A stretch of 35,747 nucleotides of DNA, taken from a virus (lineage: Duplodnaviria > Caudoviricetes). The notes beneath the pieces were generated by a model. That model was not told the origin of the DNA. It saw nothing but the letters and a program-made list of their open reading frames with translations, and searched no databases. The DNA lies in IMG/VR virus record IMGVR_UViG_3300049564_000023, positions 1-35,747 of that record; one strand, given 5' to 3'. The first letter of the stretch is position 1, and every line of letters begins with the position of its first letter. The position numbers were made by a program, and so were the translations under genes. Positions 1 through 8,392 of the stretch are shown in pieces.

Positions 1-127
1 AGTTTCGCCTTGGCCGCGGTCAGCAGCTGCGACCACTTGTAAGCGCCCGGATCCCAGTGGCTGTTCTCCGGAATCTCGACGTGGCCGTACCAGCCCGCGA
101 CCTTGCCCCACTTGCCCGCGTGGCGAC
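1..127. repeat. Terminal direct repeat, copy 1 (assembly overlap of a circular genome)
   Basis: 1-127 is identical to 35621-35747, and the endolysin ORF reads continuously across the join. Confidence 0.97.
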
Positions 128-587
128 GCGAGAACGACTCGACCGCCCACGGGGGAGGAGGCATCGCATCAGGGAACGGCCGAAATAATGGGATCTCGCA
201 CTCGGTGTGGAGCTCGGCGAGCAGCGAGGCGAGCGCATCGGTGACAGCCGCGTCGAGCTGCCAGGGAGTCTGCTTCGAGAACGCGGCGACCTCGATCTGC
301 GCCACCGCGATCTTGTTCGTCTCCGTGCCGCCAGGATGGTTCTCGAGGGCGGAGGCCCAGTGGCCGAGCCAGACGAACTGGACGATCCGAACCTTGCCCG
401 TCTTGTCGCGGCCGACCAGGAAATGCGGCGCGTACTTGGTCTTGAACTCGTTGTAGGCAGACTCGAACGCGCCCTCTGTCGTGTGCAGGACGCCGACGCG
501 TGGAGCCTTCAGGTTGACGGGGCCGGTCGCCGGACAGTTGGCCTGCTCGACGTGATAGTGGCCCGCAAAGTCGAGTGCTGCCTTCAC
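1..587 (-). CDS. Endolysin, N-acetylmuramoyl-L-alanine amidase (Amidase_2-like); 5' part, continuing across the circular junction to 35494
   Basis: Not in the ORF track. Manual translation from GTG 587 (GTGA overlap with upstream stop): MKAALDFAGHY...GVLHTTEG...APHF...QIEV...GWYGHVEIPENSHWDPG. These are the Zn-amidase H, E, H...D motifs. Confidence 0.88.
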   Translation of the reverse strand, partial: MKAALDFAGHYHVEQANCPATGPVNLKAPRVGVLHTTEGAFESAYNEFKTKYAPHFLVGRDKTGKVRIVQFVWLGHWASALENHPGGTETNKIAVAQIEVAAFSKQTPWQLDAAVTDALASLLAELHTECEIPLFRPFPDAMPPPPWAVESFSRRHAGKWGKVAGWYGHVEIPENSHWDPGAYKWSQLLTAAKAK

Positions 588-736
588 GGCGCAGCCGACA
601 ATGCGAGACCGATCGCCGTACAGAACAGGCCGTCGCTGATCAGCGGCGTATGCAGGTCGACGCCGAAGACGGCGCAGCCGAAGAAGAACGCCGCGGCGAC
701 GTAGGAGAGGAACGGCAGGATGCTGGGAACCTTCAC
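584..736 (-). CDS. Small two-TM membrane protein, holin candidate
   Basis: GTG 736 follows AAAGGAGG; 50 aa with two hydrophobic segments; immediately upstream of the amidase. Confidence 0.6.
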   Translation of the reverse strand: MKVPSILPFLSYVAAAFFFGCAVFGVDLHTPLISDGLFCTAIGLALSAAP

Positions 737-918
737 GGTGACGCCTCCTTTTTCAGTACCTTCAACTCGCGCTGCAACCGCGACCACGCCCACGCCTCGA
801 CCTCCTCATAGGAGAGTGGGTGCGCGTTCTGGCACGCCTCGAGATAGTCCGCCCACGCCAGCCGCTCCACCTTCCCGCAGGCAGCCAGCAGGCGCTCTGT
901 GACGGTGGACACCGTCAC
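733..918 (-). CDS. Hypothetical protein (61 aa), first gene of the lysis unit
   Basis: GTGA overlaps at both ends. Confidence 0.6.
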   Translation of the reverse strand: MTVSTVTERLLAACGKVERLAWADYLEACQNAHPLSYEEVEAWAWSRLQRELKVLKKEASP

Positions 919-944
919 TCGATTTCAAGAGGCGAGAGTTTCAT
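915..944 (-). CDS. Possible 9-aa leader peptide MKLSPLEIE
   Basis: ATG lies 10 nt after the late motif core; its TGA overlaps the GTG of the next gene; the ATG sits in the loop of a hairpin (926-933 / 946-953). Confidence 0.35.
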   Translation of the reverse strand: MKLSPLEIE

Positions 945-950
945 TGCCTC

Positions 951-964
951 TTGTTCTTCGGCTA
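951..964 (-). promoter_or_regulatory. Late promoter-like motif TAGCCGAAGAACAA upstream of the lysis genes
   Basis: Exact 14-mer shared with 11106, 19021 and 22478; intergenic. Confidence 0.75.
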
Positions 965-982
965 GCGACTAGCTAGTAGGGA

Positions 983-2356
983 CTAGACCGGTGAGACACC
1001 CCAACGGACAGACCACGGCGCCCCATCATTCGCACCGCTCAGCTCGATCTTCTGGATCCAGAGGTCCTCCTGGATACGCGCACCGCCCCCAGGTGGGGTA
1101 CGCAGAACCCGGATCTTGTCGCCGAGCTCGCGCCTGAACACGGCGAGCGCCACGTCCGCGTTCAGGGTGTTGAGCGTGATGCTCGTGATCCGTGTCATCG
1201 GCTCCTTGTATTTGGCGAGCATCGCCGTGGCTATCGCGGCGGTGTCCGTGTCGGTGGTGACCGGCACATCCGTGAGTGACGCGGGCCTGCCGAAGTAGCG
1301 TGAGACCGAGGTAGCGTCGGTGGCGGTCTGCGTTTCGCCCAGGTCGCCCGCCGACTTTCGTCCCTGCTCGCGCGTCACGTTCCATTCGTTGGCGAGGAAC
1401 GAGTCTGAGTCGTCGAGGGTCAGGTCGAGGTAGGGAAGCTCTGTGCCGCCGGCGTCACCGAAGGTCTCTTGGACGGTGTTGTAGGGGGAGCTGCTTCGGC
1501 TCGCCGCGTCGAGGAACGTCCACTCTCCGCTCGCCCCGACGAACAGCATCGCGTCCACGTTGTCCGCGGCGACAGCCTTGCGAAGCTCGTCGAGCGGAGA
1601 TTGGCCGACGAAATAGGTCTCGGTCACGTAGCGCGACCCGGTGTAGAGACTCCGGGGAGCATGAACTGAGGTGGAGAGGTCGAGGATGTCTCCGATCCGT
1701 TCTCCCGGCTTGGCAGAGGCCAAGCCTCCCGAGATACCCGCTGTGTAGTGGGCTGCGACCCTGCTGGCCCCGATGAACCGCGTATAGGTCGCGAGAGCGC
1801 AGTAACGCATCTGCATGTTCGCGGCCGCGTCCCCGACGTGCATGTCACCATTCGTGGCGCTGAAACTCGAGACGTGAATCGTTGACGCCCAGGCGGTCGA
1901 CGCTTCCTGAGCGCCGTTAATGTAGAGGCGAACTAGCCCGCCGACGCTGTCGGCCGCACCGACGATGTGATACCACGTTTGCGGCTGAAGAGCGGTCGTG
2001 CTGGTTACCAGAATGGCTGTTCCAGCGGCATTGCGAACGTAGAAGCGGATCGTGCCGGTCGTAGTGATCTCGAATCCCCATTCGCGGCTGCCGACAGCAG
2101 TCTCTGGGCCGGTCAGAACTTGCCGGGTCGCTGACGCGGCCGCTTGCGCGTAGAACCAGAACTCGATCGTGGCGTCGGTGCAGCCGCCGAACTCTCCCGC
2201 CTCGCCAGCATTGAGCATACTCGTGGTGAGAATGGCGCCTGTGCCGCCCGTGCTGAGACCTGCGTACTGGTATGGATCGGGTCGGTCTCCAACGATCGGG
2301 CCGTCGCCGACACCGGAGAACATGCTCGCGTTCCCTGTGAGCGTGAGGTTAGCCAT
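983..2356 (-). CDS. Minor tail / hub protein with LamG (concanavalin-like) domain
   Basis: TIEFWF...WYHIVG...LYINGAQ LamG pattern, followed by a hub-like C-terminus (N.W.VTR...SVSRYFGR...ELGDKIRV). Confidence 0.8.
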   Translation of the reverse strand: MANLTLTGNASMFSGVGDGPIVGDRPDPYQYAGLSTGGTGAILTTSMLNAGEAGEFGGCTDATIEFWFYAQAAASATRQVLTGPETAVGSREWGFEITTTGTIRFYVRNAAGTAILVTSTTALQPQTWYHIVGAADSVGGLVRLYINGAQEASTAWASTIHVSSFSATNGDMHVGDAAANMQMRYCALATYTRFIGASRVAAHYTAGISGGLASAKPGERIGDILDLSTSVHAPRSLYTGSRYVTETYFVGQSPLDELRKAVAADNVDAMLFVGASGEWTFLDAASRSSSPYNTVQETFGDAGGTELPYLDLTLDDSDSFLANEWNVTREQGRKSAGDLGETQTATDATSVSRYFGRPASLTDVPVTTDTDTAAIATAMLAKYKEPMTRITSITLNTLNADVALAVFRRELGDKIRVLRTPPGGGARIQEDLWIQKIELSGANDGAPWSVRWGVSPV

Positions 2357-3013
2357 CTACCAGGGAATGAAGGGTCCGCCGGGGTAGCGCGGCGGATGAT
2401 CGGATACCGGGGACGGGTCCGGAATCGTGAGCGGGGGACTGTCCTGAACGCTCGTCTGCTGGACCGTGTTCGGGTCGTCTTTCATCGCCCAGTAGCCGCT
2501 CGGCTGGTCAAAGAGGACGAGGTCGGCGTAGCTCCCGCGAGGCGGGTTGGTCGTAGGCAGATTGTCGAGGGCGACGATCTTGAACTCGTCCACAAGCGTG
2601 ACGGTGCATTCGGCGTCTGACCAGCCACCGCCCGGCCACTGGTTCCCGTAGCTCTCAGCGTACCCCTTGAACAGGTCCTGTACTTCGCCGCTGAATTCCT
2701 CGAACAACCACCAGCGGTTGAGCGGCCGAATGGTCGTGTGGAGGACAGGGTCGAATGTGCGGTCGCGGTTGTCGAGCACGATGGAGGCGGTGCCGGCGTC
2801 GAATTGGCTCTGCTCGGAGTCGCGGCCACGAGAGACCGAGAACGAGCGCAGGTCGCTGTTGTCGACCTCGATCCAGGTCGGCGTCGAGTCGGAGACATCG
2901 TCGGTCGAGTAGCGGGCACGCACGATCGGTGCGAGACCCTGCCCGGTCAGCGTGGTCGTGCTCGTGACCTGCGAGGTCGAGGTCTTGAGGGCTGGCCCAG
3001 TGGTGGCGGCCAT
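2357..3013 (-). CDS. Minor tail protein (N-terminal part of a hub-type protein)
   Basis: SVSRGR..E..QFDAGTASIVLDNRDR.FDP pattern typical of actinophage minor tail proteins; position after the tape measure gene. Confidence 0.75.
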   Translation of the reverse strand: MAATTGPALKTSTSQVTSTTTLTGQGLAPIVRARYSTDDVSDSTPTWIEVDNSDLRSFSVSRGRDSEQSQFDAGTASIVLDNRDRTFDPVLHTTIRPLNRWWLFEEFSGEVQDLFKGYAESYGNQWPGGGWSDAECTVTLVDEFKIVALDNLPTTNPPRGSYADLVLFDQPSGYWAMKDDPNTVQQTSVQDSPPLTIPDPSPVSDHPPRYPGGPFIPW

Positions 3014-3562
3014 CTAGGCCACGCGGACCATCATGAACTCGGGCGAGTAGTTGGTCTGCGAGTTGACGTTTAGGTTGCCACCACTGTTCTGCAAAGCCAC
3101 AAGCTCCACATAGTCATTGACGGCCAGCGAATAGTCAGTGCTCACATGCACTTGATTGGCTCCTGCGACACCGGCGTTGATTGTGTGAAAGCCGATGATG
3201 GTAACGCCGTTGAGACGAATGTAGAGTTCCCGAATTCCGGTCGTATTGGCTGCGAACTCGGCATTCCCCTTGATCGAGTAGATACCGGCATAGAGAGCGG
3301 TCAGACGAGAGTTGTTCGTAACCGTGTCGTGCTGTGTCGAAGCAACGCCGCCAGCCTGGTCGTAACGCTCCGAGTTGAAAGCGAGCGCGAGCGCCACACT
3401 GGTAGTGGTCGCCTGCGCGGCGTTGTGAAAGACGCGCACCGCTGGAGCCAGCGACGAATCGAGGATGCCTTCCTCGATCACGCCCATCCGAGCCGCGCTG
3501 AGCGGGTTCGCGCCGTTGTTGTCGATCCACGTCTGTTTCGTGTACGGGATGACGATCGCCAT
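3014..3562 (-). CDS. Tail fibre / receptor-binding-like protein (C1q-like beta domain)
   Basis: N-terminal W.D...PLSAARM..IEEGI anchor motif; C-terminal AGIYSI...L..NDYVEL beta-sandwich pattern. Confidence 0.65.
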   Translation of the reverse strand: MAIVIPYTKQTWIDNNGANPLSAARMGVIEEGILDSSLAPAVRVFHNAAQATTTSVALALAFNSERYDQAGGVASTQHDTVTNNSRLTALYAGIYSIKGNAEFAANTTGIRELYIRLNGVTIIGFHTINAGVAGANQVHVSTDYSLAVNDYVELVALQNSGGNLNVNSQTNYSPEFMMVRVA

Positions 3563-5671
3563 CTATGCGCCCCCGAACGCCAAACGACCGTTACGTCTCG
3601 AATACACCTGAGCCTTGCCGCGCATCTGGTCGAACACGACACGGGCGACCTCTTCCGGGCCGACCTGGACGATGACCGTGTCGCCTCCGCCGCCCGGCCC
3701 GACGACGCGCTCCGGGCTCCCAGTGTTGTTCACCGCGAGACTCACACCTGTCGGGAGCCAGCCGCCCTTGTCGTATCCGCTGATCGAGTAGTGGACGGGA
3801 TCGGCGCGGCCGAGCCGGTTGTAGAGCCGCTCGAACGCTGGTGCGTGGCGCATGATCCGCCCGAACGCGCCGTAGTCGGTCACATCGACCGCCGCCCCGC
3901 GTTCGTGGCTCGAGGTGCCCGGCTTCGCCGCGAGCGGGCCACCATGCAGGTACCGCTCATACAGCGCCTTCTGCTCCGCATAGGAGCGGTACCCGGACGT
4001 GACGCGGCCATGCCAGCCACTCTGGCGCGCGAAGTGCAACGCCTCCACCACCTGGGGCATTAGATGGCCGAACCCTTCAAAGCTGCTGGCTGGCGCTGGG
4101 CCGCCACGCACCGGCAGACCTGTTCCGACCTGCTGTCCTGAGCCGCTCGAGCCGCCCTGAAACGGGTTCAAGTGCGACAGCGCATCCTTGGCCATGCCGA
4201 CGACGGCGTGCTCGAGCACACCCGCCATCGAGCCGACCCCGTCGATGAAGCCCTGGATCGAGTGTTGCCCGATCTTGTAGAAGACCGTCGACGGGGAGGA
4301 GATGCCGAGTGCGCCTTTGACCCAGTCGATCACCTTCCCGAACAGGCCGGTGACGGCGTCCTTGACCATTTTCCATTCGGCTTTGAAGGCGTCCGCCATC
4401 CGGCCCGGCAGACTCTTGAAGAAGTCCACGATCCAGCCGCCGAGCTCCGTGAAAGCGTTCTTGACGGTCTCATATCCGGACCGGAAGGCGCCAGCGATCT
4501 GGCCTGGGAGCTGGGTGAAGATGCGGATCAGCGTGTCGCGGTGCTTGATGATCTCGGCGACAGCGAACCCGATCGGTCCGAGCAGGATGCCCGCGATCAG
4601 CGTCCAGTGCGCCTTGATCCAGTCCAGGGCCGCGGAGAGTGCGCCCTTGATCGCGTCGAGCGCGGTGAAGAAGATGTCCTTGATCTTGTCCCAGTGCTTG
4701 ATCACCTCGTAGGTGATCGCGATCAGTACCGGGATGAGCAGCGCGATGCCTGCGGTGGCCGCGATCCAGAAGGCGCTCATCGAGGCGGCGGCGATCGTGC
4801 CGGCGACTGAGAGAGCCATGAGGGCGAGCGCGAACCCGGCGAGCGCTATCACCAGGATCTTCGTGACCGTCGTGTGCTTCGCCAGGAAGCCGAGCAGATC
4901 GGACAGTTTCGTCGTCACCGCGACGATCGCTGGCAGCAACGCCTTGCCGAGATTCTCCTGCAACGCTTCGAGCTGGGCGTGGAACTTTTCCATCCCGCCG
5001 GCCGCAGTATCCGCGAACGCTTTCGCTTGTCCCTTCGTCTTGTCGGTGACCGCAGCGATCACCGCGGCGCTCGTCGCCATCTTGTCCTGCAACTTCGCGT
5101 GCGCCTCACGTTGCCGACCAAGCACAGTCGTCAGATCGACGCCCGACCGTTTCAGGGCGTCGTAGTGCGTCGTCACCGCCGGGACCGTGATGCCCAGCTG
5201 TTTGACAGCGCGCTGTGACCCGGCCATCGCCATCGACAGCATCTTCGACGCACTCGCCAGATCGACGTGTTTGAAGCGGGCGATATCCTCAGCCACCCCC
5301 ATCAAGTGAATCGCCTTCGTGTGGTTGTGAGTGGCGACCTCAAGCGAGCCAAGCGAGTCGCGCAAATCCGTGTTCATGAAGCCGAGCTTCCGCCCAGACG
5401 CTTCCGCCGTGTCGATCTGGCCCGAATATCTTTTGGCCGACTCACCCGACGCCTTGAACGCAGCCTCGAGACGCGCCGTCGACGTCTCAGCGCCCATCGC
5501 CGCCTTCACCGACTTCTCGAGCCCGTAGGCGAGACCGCCAGCAATCGCGAGACCGGCAATCCCGGCGACGTGGCCCACCTTTTGCATCCGCCCCTCAGAC
5601 CGCGTCATCGCCGAGTCGAACTGAGCCGTGTTCGCGGAAAGGATCGCCTCAAGACGAGCTACGACCGCCAT
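3563..5671 (-). CDS. Tape measure protein with C-terminal M15-type (D-Ala-D-Ala peptidase-like) domain
   Basis: 702 aa, Ala-rich helical with periodic W/F; LGISSPSTVF; TSGYRSYAEQ...AAKPGTSSHERGAAVD...DPVHY; follows the tail assembly chaperone. Confidence 0.93.
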   Translation of the reverse strand: MAVVARLEAILSANTAQFDSAMTRSEGRMQKVGHVAGIAGLAIAGGLAYGLEKSVKAAMGAETSTARLEAAFKASGESAKRYSGQIDTAEASGRKLGFMNTDLRDSLGSLEVATHNHTKAIHLMGVAEDIARFKHVDLASASKMLSMAMAGSQRAVKQLGITVPAVTTHYDALKRSGVDLTTVLGRQREAHAKLQDKMATSAAVIAAVTDKTKGQAKAFADTAAGGMEKFHAQLEALQENLGKALLPAIVAVTTKLSDLLGFLAKHTTVTKILVIALAGFALALMALSVAGTIAAASMSAFWIAATAGIALLIPVLIAITYEVIKHWDKIKDIFFTALDAIKGALSAALDWIKAHWTLIAGILLGPIGFAVAEIIKHRDTLIRIFTQLPGQIAGAFRSGYETVKNAFTELGGWIVDFFKSLPGRMADAFKAEWKMVKDAVTGLFGKVIDWVKGALGISSPSTVFYKIGQHSIQGFIDGVGSMAGVLEHAVVGMAKDALSHLNPFQGGSSGSGQQVGTGLPVRGGPAPASSFEGFGHLMPQVVEALHFARQSGWHGRVTSGYRSYAEQKALYERYLHGGPLAAKPGTSSHERGAAVDVTDYGAFGRIMRHAPAFERLYNRLGRADPVHYSISGYDKGGWLPTGVSLAVNNTGSPERVVGPGGGGDTVIVQVGPEEVARVVFDQMRGKAQVYSRRNGRLAFGGA

Positions 5672-5890
5672 TTAGTTCCTCCGCGCCTCACGCGCCCGCT
5701 CCGCGGCGTCCTCAGCCTCGTGGTACATATTCGCCGCCCGTAGCCAAAACACTGGCGTCTCCTCTACGTCGGCAACAGGGATTCCGAGGGTGCTGGCGAG
5801 CCGGAAATAGCCGCTCCATTCGGGGGCGGCGGCGGCGTAACTGTGGAGTCCGTGGACGGACCCGGTGACGGCTCGCTTGAGGCTTCCCCC
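5672..5890 (-). CDS. Tail assembly chaperone, -1 frameshift extension (gpGT-like C-terminal part)
   Basis: Slippery G GGG GAA at 5890-5884. The -1 frame is open (...EWSGYFRLASTLGIPVADVEETPVFWLRAANMY...RRN) to a TAA that abuts the tape measure ATG. Confidence 0.75.
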   Translation of the reverse strand, partial: GGSLKRAVTGSVHGLHSYAAAAPEWSGYFRLASTLGIPVADVEETPVFWLRAANMYHEAEDAAERAREARRN

Positions 5891-6198
5891 TCCGCCCTCG
5901 AAGGCAACGAGACGGTCGCTTCCATCATCGCCATCAGATGCGGGATCGGGAACAACGCCAACACGTCGACGCTGATCTCGGCTGGCGCCTCCGCGATCGT
6001 CAGGTTCCAGTCGACCAGGATCTCGGCCATCGCTTTCGCGATTGCGTTCACGTCCTGCTCCTCCAGCAGCCGCTGCTGCTCACCGAACCAGCGCGGCGTC
6101 ACCTTGTTCGCATCGAACGAAAACTCCAGCCTCTCGGCGTCGAAGTCGACGCTCGTGGTGAGGATCTTCGGGGCGAGGACGCGTTCTAGTGCAGGCAT
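5764..6198 (-). CDS. Tail assembly chaperone (gpG-like)
   Basis: ATG 6198 follows AAGGAGG; ILVDWNLT motif; lies between the tail tube and tape measure genes. Confidence 0.8.
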   Translation of the reverse strand: MPALERVLAPKILTTSVDFDAERLEFSFDANKVTPRWFGEQQRLLEEQDVNAIAKAMAEILVDWNLTIAEAPAEISVDVLALFPIPHLMAMMEATVSLPSRAEGEASSEPSPGPSTDSTVTPPPPPNGAAISGSPAPSESLLPT

Positions 6199-6608
6199 AG
6201 CTGCGCCTCCTTTCGTAGGTGATGCCGCAGGCGCAGACACGCTCGGCATTGCCGTCTTCCGTCAGGCGTTAGATAGGTGTTCTCACGGTTGAGCTCGTGA
6301 CCACGCAAGCAATGCGTCTGCCGCGCTTGCCGTGCGGTAATGCCTTCTCCGCGAAGAGTGTTCTCCCGATGTGTAACTGGTTCGAGATGATCGGGATTTA
6401 CGCAGTTGCGGTTGCGACAGAGGTGGTCGATGGTCAGGCCCTCAGGAATCGGGCCGACGAATAGTTCATACGCGAACCTGTGAGCCAATACCAGTTCTCC
6501 CTCAGCCGAGAACCGGCCATAGCCTTGGCCGTGCTTGGCGCCAGTCCATTCCCAGCATCCAGGCCCACGCTTCACCCGAGACAAGAAACGAGTCTCAGGA
6601 TCGGGCAT
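6186..6608 (-). CDS. HNH endonuclease (free-standing homing type)
   Basis: CWEWTG...GYG...LAHRFAYE...GPIP...DHLCRNRNCVNPDHLEPVT..EN, plus THC..GH...RQCRAC. Confidence 0.92.
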   Translation of the reverse strand: MPDPETRFLSRVKRGPGCWEWTGAKHGQGYGRFSAEGELVLAHRFAYELFVGPIPEGLTIDHLCRNRNCVNPDHLEPVTHRENTLRGEGITARQARQTHCLRGHELNRENTYLTPDGRRQCRACLRLRHHLRKEAQLCLH

Positions 6609-6747
6609 CGATGTCCTCCTGGGAAAGCGTGACGTGCCCGTCCGGGGCGACCACTGGCTTCTGCTCCATCACGACTTTGACCTTGTGCTCAGGCCAACCC
6701 ATGTCCGGGGTTGACTCGACCTTCGCTTCCTTCTTCTCGTCAGCCAT
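6595..6747 (-). CDS. Hypothetical protein (50 aa, MADEKKEAKV...)
   Basis: GGAGG SD; overlaps the HNH start; below the ORF-track cutoff. Confidence 0.55.
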   Translation of the reverse strand: MADEKKEAKVESTPDMGWPEHKVKVVMEQKPVVAPDGHVTLSQEDIDARS

Positions 6748-6813
6748 CGGTGTTGCCTCCCGTGTGGAAGTAGACGATCTGTCGCCGCGTGTTCACGCCC
6801 CGAGCTCGCCAGC

Positions 6814-7815
6814 TCATAGCGCCGCAGTCTTGTTCTGGTAGCCCACCTTGAGGTACTGGCCCGAACCCCAGGCCGCGTCATACACCGCATCGAACGTGTA
6901 GGTCACGGCCTTGATCCCGTCGTTGTCGGTCGGCCCCGCGATCCCGGTGATCTTCCCGGCCATGTCGATCTGCATCTGGTAGAAGGCCGTCGCCGCACCC
7001 GCCAGCACCGTCGAGACAGCCTCGAGCCGGATGTATTGGGTCGTGCCGGCGCGAGCGGTGACGAGCGGAGCCATGCCCGCCGTGTCCGCTTCGACCGTCA
7101 ACTCGATCTGACAGGTCGGCAGCGTCTCGACGTGGGAGACATACGAGGTGTTGGCGGAGTTGATCGGCCAGACGGCGTTGCGGGCGTTGTTGTAACGCCA
7201 GACCGCGTTGAAGTCGCGGGTCAGCTTCGTCGTCCCGATCGCGCCGGAGGTCGCGTTCAGGTAGACGTTGAGGTGGGTCGGCAGGATCGGCTGGTCCTCG
7301 ATCGCGGTCGGGCCAGCCGTCAACGTGATGTTGTCCTGAATCGCCTGGCCGAGCGCCGTGCCGCCCGTCACCTTCACACCGTCGGTACGGTTGAACGTCA
7401 TCTCGAGATCGGTGAATAGGAGATAGGTCGCCTTCTGCGCCCTGGTCGCCGACCCCGTCTCAACGGTGTACGTTTTGATGGTGTCTTCGGTGCGGCCGGT
7501 GGGGATAAACGTCCACAGTTTCGCGCTCGTGTCGACCGTGCTCGGTGTGACGTTCGCGAGCAGGCCGCAGAACGGGTAGATCATCTCGGAGTAGGAGCCG
7601 ACATCGGAGCTCACGGCCCAGCTGGTGTAGTCCATGCCGGGTGCGACACCGGATGCGGCCTTCTGGCCGATCGGGACCATCGTGTTGAAGTTGCCGCCCC
7701 AGAACGTCGGTGCGAGGCTCAGGTAGTTCAGGAGCTTCGTCGCGGTGACGCCCGTGCCTGGGGTGGTTTCGGGGCCGATCTGTATTCCGTTGAAGAGACT
7801 GGAGACTTCGGGCAT
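6814..7815 (-). CDS. Major tail (tube) protein
   Basis: 333 aa, Thr/Gly-rich; QIGPETTPGT N-terminal motif; GAGGAG SD; own late promoter motif; synteny. Confidence 0.85.
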   Translation of the reverse strand: MPEVSSLFNGIQIGPETTPGTGVTATKLLNYLSLAPTFWGGNFNTMVPIGQKAASGVAPGMDYTSWAVSSDVGSYSEMIYPFCGLLANVTPSTVDTSAKLWTFIPTGRTEDTIKTYTVETGSATRAQKATYLLFTDLEMTFNRTDGVKVTGGTALGQAIQDNITLTAGPTAIEDQPILPTHLNVYLNATSGAIGTTKLTRDFNAVWRYNNARNAVWPINSANTSYVSHVETLPTCQIELTVEADTAGMAPLVTARAGTTQYIRLEAVSTVLAGAATAFYQMQIDMAGKITGIAGPTDNDGIKAVTYTFDAVYDAAWGSGQYLKVGYQNKTAAL

Positions 7816-7840
7816 TCGCGCGCTCCTCTGCTTGCTTGGA

Positions 7841-7854
7841 GTGTTCTTCGGCTA
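7841..7854 (-). promoter_or_regulatory. Late promoter-like motif TAGCCGAAGAACAC upstream of the tail tube gene
   Basis: 13/14 match to the repeated motif; intergenic; partly within an inverted repeat at 7849-7874. Confidence 0.72.
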
Positions 7855-7884
7855 GAGCGATTCGCGTCTAGCCGGGAATGGGAC

Positions 7885-7890
7885 TAGACT
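7885..7890 (+). promoter_or_regulatory. Possible -10 (TAGACT) of a leaderless promoter for the plus-strand island
   Basis: TANNNT hexamer 6 nt before ATG 7897. Confidence 0.45.
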
Positions 7891-7896
7891 GATCCC

Positions 7897-8157
7897 ATGA
7901 GCGAACCTGCCGCGCAGAGACGCGAACTGCTCTGCGAGCGGTGCGACCGCGAGCATCCTGTCTGGTTCGCGCCGAACGCGGTCTGGAACGCCGTCGTCCG
8001 TCCCAACCCCGACCAAGGCGATGAGTTCGCGTTCCTCTGCCCGCTGTGCTTCATCGTGCTCGCGGAAGAGCGGGGCATGGTGCCTTCGGGCTGGATGGTC
8101 GCACCCGCTGATTCTGTGACCACAACGATGAGTTGGAGGCTTGATGCAGCGGCCTGA
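7897..8157 (+). CDS. Small Cys-rich (CxxC...CxxC) hypothetical protein
   Basis: CERC...WFAPNAVWNAV...LCPLCF; carries the CCT-GCC-GCG start-proximal motif. Confidence 0.75.
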   Translation: MSEPAAQRRELLCERCDREHPVWFAPNAVWNAVVRPNPDQGDEFAFLCPLCFIVLAEERGMVPSGWMVAPADSVTTTMSWRLDAAA

Positions 8158-8392
8158 GAAGGACATTGCCGCGCAGACCCGTGAGTCGGGGACGTTCTCC
8201 GATGGCCGCGTCTACACCCTCGTTCGTTGGAACGGCTCAAACGACTGTGGGGTCTGCTACTTCGAGGAGGATGAAATCTCGCGCACCGTGAGCATCGACA
8301 CCTGGAACCACAGTGCGGAGTCCGCCCAGCTTACGGTCGAGCAAGCGCGATCGCTTGCAGCGTTTCTGATGCAGTTTTGCGAGGCCAAGTGA
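8144..8392 (+). CDS. Hypothetical protein
   Basis: GGAGG SD before ATG 8144; carries the ATT-GCC-GCG motif; coupled to the next gene by GTGA. Confidence 0.7.
   Translation: MQRPEKDIAAQTRESGTFSDGRVYTLVRWNGSNDCGVCYFEEDEISRTVSIDTWNHSAESAQLTVEQARSLAAFLMQFCEAK

Noticed and set aside
1-127. Biological terminal repeat of the virion DNA
   Set aside because: 127 bp matches a common assembler k-mer and falls mid-gene; the HK97-type packaging module points to ends near 22.2 kb instead.
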